A stretch of DNA of 64,000 nt, from positions 1 to 64,000 of IMG/VR virus record IMGVR_UViG_3300021958_008605, one strand, 5' to 3'. The stretch's first letter is position 1. Every line of letters begins with the position of its first letter. Of this stretch, positions 29,397 to 37,942 are shown piece by piece. The DNA comes from a virus (lineage: Duplodnaviria; Caudoviricetes). Both the position numbers and the translations under genes were made by a program. The notes under the pieces were generated by a model, which saw only the letters and a list, made by a program, of their open reading frames with translations, ran no database searches and was not told where the DNA came from.

Positions 29397-30811
29397 TTTA
29401 TATCATTTATAAATTTTCTTAGTTCAGGATAAGTTTCATAACAATCTGCATTTCTTCTTTTCTTGTAATCAGCTATATAGTGTTTAAACTTCTTTTTACC
29501 AATACCAAAATTAACATCAGATTTTGAATCTTCAATAAATATATCTTTTATCCTTGAAATTTTTTCTATTTCTTTTAGTGAAAATCCACTATCGGTTGGT
29601 TCTTGTAACTGATATGAATTTAAGCTTCTATATGATGAAAAGAATTTCATATATTTTTCTAATTTTTCAAAGTATGATAAATCCAAATATCCTTTTAGTA
29701 ATCTAAAACTTAAAAAATCAGGATATCTTAAATAAGATGTATCTAAAATTAGAGGTGAGTTCCAATATCTATTTGTATTGAAATGTTTTACTTTATAATC
29801 ATAAATTTTTCTTACTAACTTTTCATAATTGAATGGTGAAAAAATATTAAAAGTAGACATTACAACAATTGTAATTTGTGGTATCTCTGTTAAAATTCTA
29901 TCGATATTATTAAAGAGTTGATTATAATCTAAACCATATCTAATAAATTCTGCCTGTTTACCATCAGTGTCAACTGAAGTGTATAAGATAAATTCTTTTA
30001 CTCGTTCTTCGGTTATGATAACTTTAGCCTTTTCAATAAATTTATCAATCAATTTATCTTCAACACATAAATTACTATTGATAGAAAGTTTTAATTCTTT
30101 ATTTGGTTTATCTGTTTTTATTATTTTATCTAACACTTTAAATGTATCTTTAGATAATAAAGGCTCTCCACCTGTTACTCTAAATGTATCCATACTTTTA
30201 TAAAGCTCTGGCCACCATTCCCAAAATGCCTCTACATAAGGATTATGTTCTCTTTGTGGGATTGGTAACATATCATCCTTTTTAAGTTGTTCTAATGAAT
30301 TAAATCCATCACCAGTAGAAAACTCACCATGTTTTTTCATTTCTTGTACCCATTGTGATGAATATGATGGGCCACAATATCCACATTTAAAATTACAAGT
30401 ATTTGAGAAAGATACTTCCACATATTTTGGTAAGTAATCTTCTCTCCAATCTAAATCTTTAATTTCTTTAAAGTGAGGTTTAGACCATTGTTCTTCTGAT
30501 TTAAAAACTCTATCTGAAAATGAATCCGAATTATCCTCGACCTTCCAACAATATCCACATTCACTTGGTCTACCACCATTCAACATTTCCTTTCTAGCCT
30601 TTTTCTTTTGAGTACTATTATGAAGTGCAGTTGGGTTTCTTTTCAATTCTCGTAACCCAACCTTATGTGGTGCAGGGTGATGACAAGAGTGAGTAGTACC
30701 ATCGTGTAGGTGCATAGTTACTTGAGTCCATTTTGCTAAACAAAACCCACACCCAACAGAATCTAACTTCTGTTTCATTTCGGTAAAGTTATTACCTATT
30801 ACTTTACTCAT
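29393..30811 (-). CDS. Radical SAM protein with N-terminal twitch domain (paralogue)
   Basis: FCLAKW...SCHH...ECGYCW; CNFKCGYC; TGGEP. Confidence 0.85.
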   Translation of the reverse strand: MSKVIGNNFTEMKQKLDSVGCGFCLAKWTQVTMHLHDGTTHSCHHPAPHKVGLRELKRNPTALHNSTQKKKARKEMLNGGRPSECGYCWKVEDNSDSFSDRVFKSEEQWSKPHFKEIKDLDWREDYLPKYVEVSFSNTCNFKCGYCGPSYSSQWVQEMKKHGEFSTGDGFNSLEQLKKDDMLPIPQREHNPYVEAFWEWWPELYKSMDTFRVTGGEPLLSKDTFKVLDKIIKTDKPNKELKLSINSNLCVEDKLIDKFIEKAKVIITEERVKEFILYTSVDTDGKQAEFIRYGLDYNQLFNNIDRILTEIPQITIVVMSTFNIFSPFNYEKLVRKIYDYKVKHFNTNRYWNSPLILDTSYLRYPDFLSFRLLKGYLDLSYFEKLEKYMKFFSSYRSLNSYQLQEPTDSGFSLKEIEKISRIKDIFIEDSKSDVNFGIGKKKFKHYIADYKKRRNADCYETYPELRKFINDIK

Positions 30812-32256
30812 AATTTTATATTAATATATTTTGCTTTTGGTGTGATTTCTTCTATACTCACTAACTCATATTTTAAGTTACTCATACCATCAGATTTATA
30901 ATCCCATTTACCTTGTTGCATTTGGTGTACAAATCTTTTTTCGTTTCTTGCCGTTGTTTCACCTTTTGCCCAAACTTGTTTACCATCTTGATTTGTTACT
31001 AACCCCTCATCTTTGTGTGGTAAACAAAACATTTTACCTGGTACTCTATGAGGTACTGTTGTATGAGGGATTTCTATTTTTTCTGTATTAATTTTACAGT
31101 TATGAGAAATCCCATCATTATCGTATTCACTCCTATCCTCTACCGAACCACCCTCGAAATCGTAATGAAGAACCAACCCGTCGTTTGTAGGATTTATTGA
31201 TAGTTCTTCTACTTCATCTGATGTTAATGCACGATTCCACATCTTAACATCTGCTATATCTCCTTTGAACCACTTTGAAGGGTCATCATCTGCAACAGAT
31301 GTTGTGGTTCCTAAGTAATAATCTACATTACCATATCTTTTCAACATTCCTTCAAAGTGTTGTGGTGATGCAGTACCGGTTCCCCACCTTGCATCGGATT
31401 CTTTTCCATTCATATATAAATGAATATCATTACCATCTACAACCATCGTTACCCAACTCCATCTATCTTCATAGTTCTTCATCCATTGATAAAGATGTTC
31501 TCTTTGGTTGTTCCAAAGTTGTGCTGTATAAGCTCTTGAGTTGTTGTAAGAAAATCCATAATCATATCCTGGTCTACGAAGAATAGGATATTCACAAAAT
31601 CTTCTATCCATATCTCCTACCAACCAAATAGGAACTTTTTCTTCTTGTTGATGTGCTCGTACCAATACTGAAATTGTATGTGAACGAGAAGTTAGATTTC
31701 TTAGTTTTCGTGTACATGGAATTTGTACATAAGAATCTTTACCATTAAATGTTAAAAAGGATGTTGGATTAAAACTAAAATCTAACATATCAGTTTTTGT
31801 GTAACCTTCTAATACACATCTCCAAAATAGGTCATCATCTTCCATACCCCAATCCCAATAATCATTTGAATAACCATTGGTTCTTTCAACTTGTTCTTTG
31901 GTGAATAAAACTGCTCCACCAAAATATTCTTCATATTTTAATTCGTAGTTCATTTGTGATATCTGAGTAGCGATATGTCTTGGATTATCTTTAGGGTAAG
32001 AATAATCACAACCACCACCTTCTTCAGGTATCATATCGATATCGTGATATACTACATAATCACAACCATCTTCAAATGCGTGTTTTGCTGCTATGTTTTT
32101 TGTTGCTCCTCTGTTGAATAATTTATCATCTACTTGATGGCCGAAATAAATACAATAATCAATACCTTGTCCATCAAGGTATTTACCAATCTTTGGTATA
32201 AACTCTTTTAGATGAGCTTCTCTATTTCTATATGGAACACAAACTCCTAATTTCAT
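30808..32256 (-). CDS. GT7 (beta-1,4-galactosyltransferase-like) glycosyltransferase with inserted LamG/ConA domain
   Basis: VPYRNRE, FNRG, HDIDMIP, YFGGA, NGYSNDYWDWGMEDDD, then a ~240-aa LamG-like insert, then GKMFCLPH...DGMSNLKY. Confidence 0.88.
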   Translation of the reverse strand: MKLGVCVPYRNREAHLKEFIPKIGKYLDGQGIDYCIYFGHQVDDKLFNRGATKNIAAKHAFEDGCDYVVYHDIDMIPEEGGGCDYSYPKDNPRHIATQISQMNYELKYEEYFGGAVLFTKEQVERTNGYSNDYWDWGMEDDDLFWRCVLEGYTKTDMLDFSFNPTSFLTFNGKDSYVQIPCTRKLRNLTSRSHTISVLVRAHQQEEKVPIWLVGDMDRRFCEYPILRRPGYDYGFSYNNSRAYTAQLWNNQREHLYQWMKNYEDRWSWVTMVVDGNDIHLYMNGKESDARWGTGTASPQHFEGMLKRYGNVDYYLGTTTSVADDDPSKWFKGDIADVKMWNRALTSDEVEELSINPTNDGLVLHYDFEGGSVEDRSEYDNDGISHNCKINTEKIEIPHTTVPHRVPGKMFCLPHKDEGLVTNQDGKQVWAKGETTARNEKRFVHQMQQGKWDYKSDGMSNLKYELVSIEEITPKAKYINIKL

Positions 32257-32663
32257 AGTGTATCTGCAATTAGTTTTTTAAACTTGGTTGTTGACCAACC
32301 ATGGTCTCTATTTAAATAGTGAATTGGTATATCTAATTCGAAACCTGTATATGTTTTACCTCTATAATCATCTCCTAAAAATCTGATATCTGGTTCTATT
32401 CCTTTCAACAACTCTACCAACTCTTTTTCATAAGTATAATAAGCAATGGAATCTATCCATTTTATTGAAGTTAGAACTTCTGTTCTTTCTTCTTTTGATA
32501 AAATGGGTTTTAATTTTTCTGGTCTTTCTATTGATGGGTCTACATGAAGAAGTATTACAAATTGTTGACAATATGATTTACACTCCTTAAACATTTTTAT
32601 GTAACCAGGATGAATAACATCAAAATTTCCTGCAATTACTCCTGTTTTGTACATTGGCATCAT
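32253..32663 (-). CDS. Cytidylyltransferase (TagD/RfaE domain II-like nucleotidyltransferase)
   Basis: AGNFDVIHPGY (HxGH-like), ERTEVL, GDDY, WSTT. Confidence 0.85.
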   Translation of the reverse strand: MMPMYKTGVIAGNFDVIHPGYIKMFKECKSYCQQFVILLHVDPSIERPEKLKPILSKEERTEVLTSIKWIDSIAYYTYEKELVELLKGIEPDIRFLGDDYRGKTYTGFELDIPIHYLNRDHGWSTTKFKKLIADTL

Positions 32664-34126
32664 AGTTCTACTGAAATTTTAGTAACCAAATCATTTTCAA
32701 TTTTAATAACTTCTTTAAATCTAAGAGTATTTAATCCATCAATTCTAAAGTTATCTAATTCTTCTCTAACTTCATTATAATATTTTAATTGATTTTTTCT
32801 GGTTTCTCTATGAACCCATTTATTACCGATAGATGAATTAGTTTTATGTTTTAATGATTTAAATCTTGAATCTCTTCTACAAGGTTTTGGTAAAAAAGTT
32901 TTGTATGAATGGTTATCTTTATATAAATATATATTATTTAACTTTACCGAATATCTTTGAGCTAAATCTATTGATAGAGTTGATGATGATAACTCTGGTA
33001 ATATTTGTGTATATAAAAATTGAGATGATTTAAAATCTCCAAAGTTTCGTATCTTGGGTTTTTTTGGATTTTTATAAATTTCCAATATTTCTTCATCTCC
33101 CAATGCCACATCATATATTTCTAAGTTAGAAATTAATCCATAAAAGAAATCGTTGTTAGTTAATTTATCATTAGCAGTTCCAACAAATATTTCATTTGAT
33201 GATAATTCCATTATATCACATCCCATTTCTACTGAATCTAAAAACTCTCCATTAATATATAAACTTACTCTCCAATTGTTAGAACCCTTTATCATACCAG
33301 GTGTTTCATACTTCATTGTAAGATGAACCCATCGTTCTCCTAATATATCTGTTGTTATTGAGTAAGGTTTTTTATCAGCATCATAAACTTGACAGAAAAA
33401 TCTTCTAAATGAATTATAGAACAATCCTATATTATATCCTGGTATTGATATGATAGGAAATTCATCGTAATCTTTATTTTCATTTAATTTAATCTCTGAT
33501 GGTTTTACTAACATTGATATTGTAAACTCATCTTCTAATAAATGTGTTTTTTCTGCTGTTAATTTTATATAAGAACCATCGCCATTAAATTGAAAATTTT
33601 CATAAGTATCAATCTCACTACCATTTGTAATTTCATTATCTAATTGTAAGTTAGATTCAATACATCTAATTAATAAATCATCATCTTCAAATCCCCATCC
33701 CCAATATTCATTAGAGAATCCATTGATAGTTTTGAAATCTTCTTTAGTAAACATAGTTACTCCACCAAAGTAATCAAAAAATGTTGTTTCGTAATCGTGT
33801 TCTTGTAAGTGAGTTGCTAAATGTAGAGGTTTATCTGAATATGAGTAATCTACATCTTCAGGCAACATATCAACATCATGAAATACAAAATAATCACACC
33901 CTTTATCAACGGCATACTTATATCCTGCATTCAGAAGTTTACCTCTGTTAAAAGGTTTGTCATCTGCCTGTTCAACGATGAAGATTTCGTAATCAATATC
34001 CTTGATATATTCTTTCATATGAGATAAGAACCTTTTTAATTGTTGTTCTCTATCTCTATATGGAACAATTATACCAAGTTTATGAGTTATCTTCTTATTC
34101 TTCAGATTTCTCTTGGATTCTTTCAC
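32660..34126 (-). CDS. GT7 glycosyltransferase with inserted LamG/ConA domain
   Basis: IVPYRDRE, PFNRGKLLN, HDVDMLP, YFGGV, NGFSNEYWGWGFEDDD; insert FNGDGSYI...WVHL...LYING...FYGLISNL; then SRFKSLKH...DGLNTL. Confidence 0.88.
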   Translation of the reverse strand: MKESKRNLKNKKITHKLGIIVPYRDREQQLKRFLSHMKEYIKDIDYEIFIVEQADDKPFNRGKLLNAGYKYAVDKGCDYFVFHDVDMLPEDVDYSYSDKPLHLATHLQEHDYETTFFDYFGGVTMFTKEDFKTINGFSNEYWGWGFEDDDLLIRCIESNLQLDNEITNGSEIDTYENFQFNGDGSYIKLTAEKTHLLEDEFTISMLVKPSEIKLNENKDYDEFPIISIPGYNIGLFYNSFRRFFCQVYDADKKPYSITTDILGERWVHLTMKYETPGMIKGSNNWRVSLYINGEFLDSVEMGCDIMELSSNEIFVGTANDKLTNNDFFYGLISNLEIYDVALGDEEILEIYKNPKKPKIRNFGDFKSSQFLYTQILPELSSSTLSIDLAQRYSVKLNNIYLYKDNHSYKTFLPKPCRRDSRFKSLKHKTNSSIGNKWVHRETRKNQLKYYNEVREELDNFRIDGLNTLRFKEVIKIENDLVTKISVEL

Positions 34127-34340
34127 TACCTCTTTCTGGTCTATTTGTTGTTCCTACTGTTTTTGATTTAGCGATTTGGTAGAACTCATTCAAGTACCAC
34201 TCTAATCTTTCTTGCCACATATCAGCATCTAAATCATACAACCAATCGTTTATATCTCCAATTGAACCAGCTATGGATTCAAGAGCCTTTACACCTCTTT
34301 CTTCAAGAGATTTATGCTTCGTTGTCTCGTTCTTTGCCAT
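34095..34340 (-). CDS. Hypothetical protein
   Basis: 81-aa ORF in the co-directional run with coupled overlaps; no recognised motif. Confidence 0.6.
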   Translation of the reverse strand: MAKNETTKHKSLEERGVKALESIAGSIGDINDWLYDLDADMWQERLEWYLNEFYQIAKSKTVGTTNRPERGSERIQEKSEE

Positions 34341-34869
34341 AATTGTAATTTAGTTTTTTGTTATAAATTAATTCTTCTTTGAGTTTTTCAAATATCAAAC
34401 CTTCAAGACCTTCTTTATCGATTGGGAAGGATGCCTCATCAATCCAATCTTCTAATCTTTTAGGCTCCCATTTCAAGTTCTCCAACTCATCATCTATTTT
34501 TTGAGGCTCCCATTGTTTAGTATCTATTTCTGCGTTTATTTCTTCTAATCTATATTCTAATTTTTCCTTTTCAACTTGTAAATCATCTAAACGAAATTTT
34601 ATATCATCTCGTTTTACAGTTTTCATTTTAATATCTTCATTGATATCATCAATATCTGTTTGTTTATCATAGTATCTTGAAAAGAATCTACCGATATTTG
34701 CTGTTCTTGAGTTTTTGTTCTGTAAAAACAATGTTTCAACTATTAATATAACTTTTAAAAATATAGATTTATCATCAGAACTTGGTTCTGTTAAATCTTT
34801 CAAGTCATTATCAATCTTTTCAAGAGTTTTAACAACTTTTTCGTTATGTAACAATTCTAATAAGTTCAT
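34312..34869 (-). CDS. Hypothetical protein with coiled-coil and WEP 14-aa repeat
   Basis: Heptad-like region and WEPQKIDDELENLK/WEPKRLEDWIDEAS. Confidence 0.6.
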   Translation of the reverse strand: MNLLELLHNEKVVKTLEKIDNDLKDLTEPSSDDKSIFLKVILIVETLFLQNKNSRTANIGRFFSRYYDKQTDIDDINEDIKMKTVKRDDIKFRLDDLQVEKEKLEYRLEEINAEIDTKQWEPQKIDDELENLKWEPKRLEDWIDEASFPIDKEGLEGLIFEKLKEELIYNKKLNYNYGKERDNEA

Positions 34870-36304
34870 AATTTTTTTTATTTTGTATATCTAATATACT
34901 GTAATTTAATGTACTCAATCCTATGGATTTATAATCTAATTTATTTGGAATCACATCGTGAAAAAATATATCAGAATTTTCTGTAATATCCGGGTCGTAT
35001 TTGTAATATCTTTTTATTATATCTGTATCATTTTCGTGAACCAAAGATTTGTATTCAGAATCTAATCTTATTGGCAGATACAATTCATTTGGTGTGTATC
35101 CTAATTTATCTGATTGTAAACTTCCATAAAACTTTAAATGATTTTTATAAGAACCACTATCTAATAAAATCGATTGTTTATATAAAGAATTATATTTTAA
35201 GTTTATTACAGGTGATAATCCAAATTTATTATGGATATCATCTAAAGATAAATTACCTCTATTGTATAATATGTTTATAACTTCATCACTTAAATAAGAA
35301 TCAAACGCCAAAATATTTGATATCATTATAGATGTTGAATCATCTGATATTTTTATATTATTTTTAGAGTAATCATATATCTCAAAATTATCTTTTAATT
35401 TTATTTCTTTTGTTTTATCATTTATGGATAACTTTAAAATATTTTCTTTACTATCATATGAATATACACAATGATTCCATCTGTTCCTTGAGTAAGATAA
35501 TATAATTTCTTCGTGATTATTTTTATTATCCCAAATTTGTGCTATTATTTCATTTCCTCTACTCAAAAACAATCCACTATCACATCCTTCAAATACAAAT
35601 AAGTTTTTCTTCATTTTACGCTCAAAATCATCATTGAACCAAAACGAAATACTAAATGAATCTTTAATCATTTTTTTAGTAAGTGGATTTAGTAATCCAT
35701 ATATGTAGTCAGTTTCAGAAAATGTATTATATTCTATTTGTTGAATTCGTTTCTCATTACAAACATTTACATTTTCAATTCTATATGGCAGAACATCTAA
35801 CTCATCATAATTAGAATATACATTATTTAAATCGTATTTCTTTTCTAAGTAAGCACCACTTCTTTGTAATCTATAAAGTAAATCTAAATCTTCAAACCCA
35901 TAACCCCAATATTCATTTGAATATCCATTTGCATTTTCAAAATCTTCTCTACTGATTAAAACAACTCCACCGAAGTATTGTGGGTAAGGTAATTTATTAT
36001 CGTGTGCTTCTACATTTGTAGCAAGATGAGTTGGTGAATCAGGATATCCATAATCACACTCATCATTCATAGGTAACATATCAATATCATGAAAAGCAAA
36101 GTAAGTGTATTCTTTTCCCACTTCTTTAGAAACTACATTACAGAGTTTACCATAGTTAAATGGTCTTTCATCTGTTTGTTCTGCGATAAAAATAGTGTAA
36201 TCGATTCCTTTATCCTTTAGGAATTCGTGCATATGAGGAACAAAAACATCTAAGTGGTCTTGTCTATCTCTATACGGAACTATTATTGCTAACTTATCTT
36301 TCAT
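34844..36304 (-). CDS. GT7 glycosyltransferase with inserted LamG/ConA domain
   Basis: IVPYRDRQ, PFNYGKLCN, HDIDMLP, YFGGV, NGYSNEYWGYGFEDLD; insert FSISFWF...WNHCVYSYD; then SEYKSLVH...IGLSTLNY. Confidence 0.85.
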   Translation of the reverse strand: MKDKLAIIVPYRDRQDHLDVFVPHMHEFLKDKGIDYTIFIAEQTDERPFNYGKLCNVVSKEVGKEYTYFAFHDIDMLPMNDECDYGYPDSPTHLATNVEAHDNKLPYPQYFGGVVLISREDFENANGYSNEYWGYGFEDLDLLYRLQRSGAYLEKKYDLNNVYSNYDELDVLPYRIENVNVCNEKRIQQIEYNTFSETDYIYGLLNPLTKKMIKDSFSISFWFNDDFERKMKKNLFVFEGCDSGLFLSRGNEIIAQIWDNKNNHEEIILSYSRNRWNHCVYSYDSKENILKLSINDKTKEIKLKDNFEIYDYSKNNIKISDDSTSIMISNILAFDSYLSDEVINILYNRGNLSLDDIHNKFGLSPVINLKYNSLYKQSILLDSGSYKNHLKFYGSLQSDKLGYTPNELYLPIRLDSEYKSLVHENDTDIIKRYYKYDPDITENSDIFFHDVIPNKLDYKSIGLSTLNYSILDIQNKKNYELIRIVT

Positions 36305-37147
36305 TTAGATTTTTACTATAACTTCTTTAAGAGTATTCCAATGGTTATAACAAATATACGAATTTTTTTTGACATTTACAAATAAAAACTCATCTTTTTT
36401 TACATCAATCTTCCAATCATTGAGTTGGATAGCTCGATACATCTTTTTATATTCTTTCCAATACGAATAATCTTCTTTTGTTTCTGATACTTCTTTTAAT
36501 CTTTCTAAAACTGTTGAATCCCATTTAAAATGATGTACTTGTACAAATCCTTTTTCTATTGGATATCGTTTAGGATGATTCCATCCTCTTTCTCTCCAAG
36601 TATCAGTATCACCAATCATAGCAAAGTGTTGACCTGGTGTTACATCTACCGAACCTTTCATCACACAACATTTATTTGGCATCGCTCCACTCATAGGATA
36701 TCTAAAAAATCCTGCAAGTGGAAACGATTTCCAAATATTTGTTTCTTTTGTTACCAAAGGAAACTCACCATCCTCTCCTATCCTATCGAGGAAACCTCCT
36801 GTTATAAACTCCCATCCATTTTCTTCACATTCTTGAATCATTTCTCGAATATCTTTTGGATATACATGGAGTTCATCATCATCCGAAACCACCCACCATT
36901 CGTTTGGTTTGGTTTGTTTTACTTCGTTGTATAATTCAGTTACTCTTTCCCAATTAAATTTTGGTTCTGTAACTACTTTATATGGTTTTATACCTAAATT
37001 TACTACTTGCTCTAAAATACCATCTAAATTGTGTTGTCTATAAACTACAACAAAAATTTCATCTACAATATCTTTGTAGTGATTAATCATATGTGGTAGA
37101 AGTGTTGTGTTGTGACCAACAACTGTAACTAAATTTAGTTTTTGCAT
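36305..37147 (-). CDS. Glycosyltransferase family 2-like (GT-A)
   Basis: LLPHMINHY, WWVVSDDDELH (DxD), VHHFKW. Confidence 0.75.
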   Translation of the reverse strand: MQKLNLVTVVGHNTTLLPHMINHYKDIVDEIFVVVYRQHNLDGILEQVVNLGIKPYKVVTEPKFNWERVTELYNEVKQTKPNEWWVVSDDDELHVYPKDIREMIQECEENGWEFITGGFLDRIGEDGEFPLVTKETNIWKSFPLAGFFRYPMSGAMPNKCCVMKGSVDVTPGQHFAMIGDTDTWRERGWNHPKRYPIEKGFVQVHHFKWDSTVLERLKEVSETKEDYSYWKEYKKMYRAIQLNDWKIDVKKDEFLFVNVKKNSYICYNHWNTLKEVIVKI

Positions 37148-37914
37148 CTTTGAAGAATTGTTAGACCTGTTGATGCTGGTTTAGTTTTAAATATACCATT
37201 ATTAAAAAAGTTGAAAATTTCCCATTCTTTATTTTCTTTTAACTCTTTTACCAACTTAGAAGGTCCATTTGTAATTTCTTGATGGTCATTTGTTTTAATA
37301 TCATCTGTAACAATATATTCTTTTTCAAATGATTCATCTGTATCGTGTATTGAAACGATACCATTTGGTGAAAGTAATTTTGTATATAATTCAAAATCTT
37401 TTTTTACATCTTCATAAGAATGACCTGCATCAATATGAAGATAATCTATCTTAATATCTTCTTTTACGAAAAAATTATAATATGCATTTTCAGTAGTATC
37501 TAAAATAACTCTTGGATGAAAGTTTTCTCTAAGAAAACTTTTTTCATCAACCCAATCAGTATTACCACCAATACCATTAGAAGCATCTACAAGATATGTT
37601 ACTCCAATATCACCCCAATTATAATCTCTATTTCCTTCAAAGATTTGTGAATCATATAAATCAACTCTTGATTGTGTCATGATTCGTGGAATGAATCCAC
37701 CACCACTTCCCAAACAAACACAATTTTTTGCTCTCATATAATGAATAATAGAATAAACCAATAATCCATCACCAAGTGTTAAATCAGTTGCTCCATGTGT
37801 CCATCTATAAGGAACTTTTTTTAACTCTACAAAATCATTACCATTAGAATCTTTTTGGTTTGATTGATTGTGAGTAAAAAAATCTTTTATGAAATCAAGG
37901 TTAAAGAGTGTCAT
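37135..37914 (-). CDS. Class I SAM-dependent methyltransferase (Methyltransf_24-like)
   Basis: CLGSGGG, IDYLHIDAGHSYEDVKKD, LSPNGIVSIHD. Confidence 0.85.
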   Translation of the reverse strand: MTLFNLDFIKDFFTHNQSNQKDSNGNDFVELKKVPYRWTHGATDLTLGDGLLVYSIIHYMRAKNCVCLGSGGGFIPRIMTQSRVDLYDSQIFEGNRDYNWGDIGVTYLVDASNGIGGNTDWVDEKSFLRENFHPRVILDTTENAYYNFFVKEDIKIDYLHIDAGHSYEDVKKDFELYTKLLSPNGIVSIHDTDESFEKEYIVTDDIKTNDHQEITNGPSKLVKELKENKEWEIFNFFNNGIFKTKPASTGLTILQRCKN

Positions 37915-37925
37915 ACCTTTTGTAT

Positions 37926-37935
37926 ATATAAATAT
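37926..37935 (-). promoter_or_regulatory. ATATTTATA upstream motif (putative phage promoter)
   Basis: Intergenic, about 12 nt before the methyltransferase ATG (37914). Confidence 0.5.
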
Positions 37936-37942
37936 ATGAAAT

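Noticed and set aside
32919-32931. Intragenic copy of the ATATTTATA motif
   Set aside because: It lies inside a GT7 coding region about 260 nt from the next start; likely a chance match.
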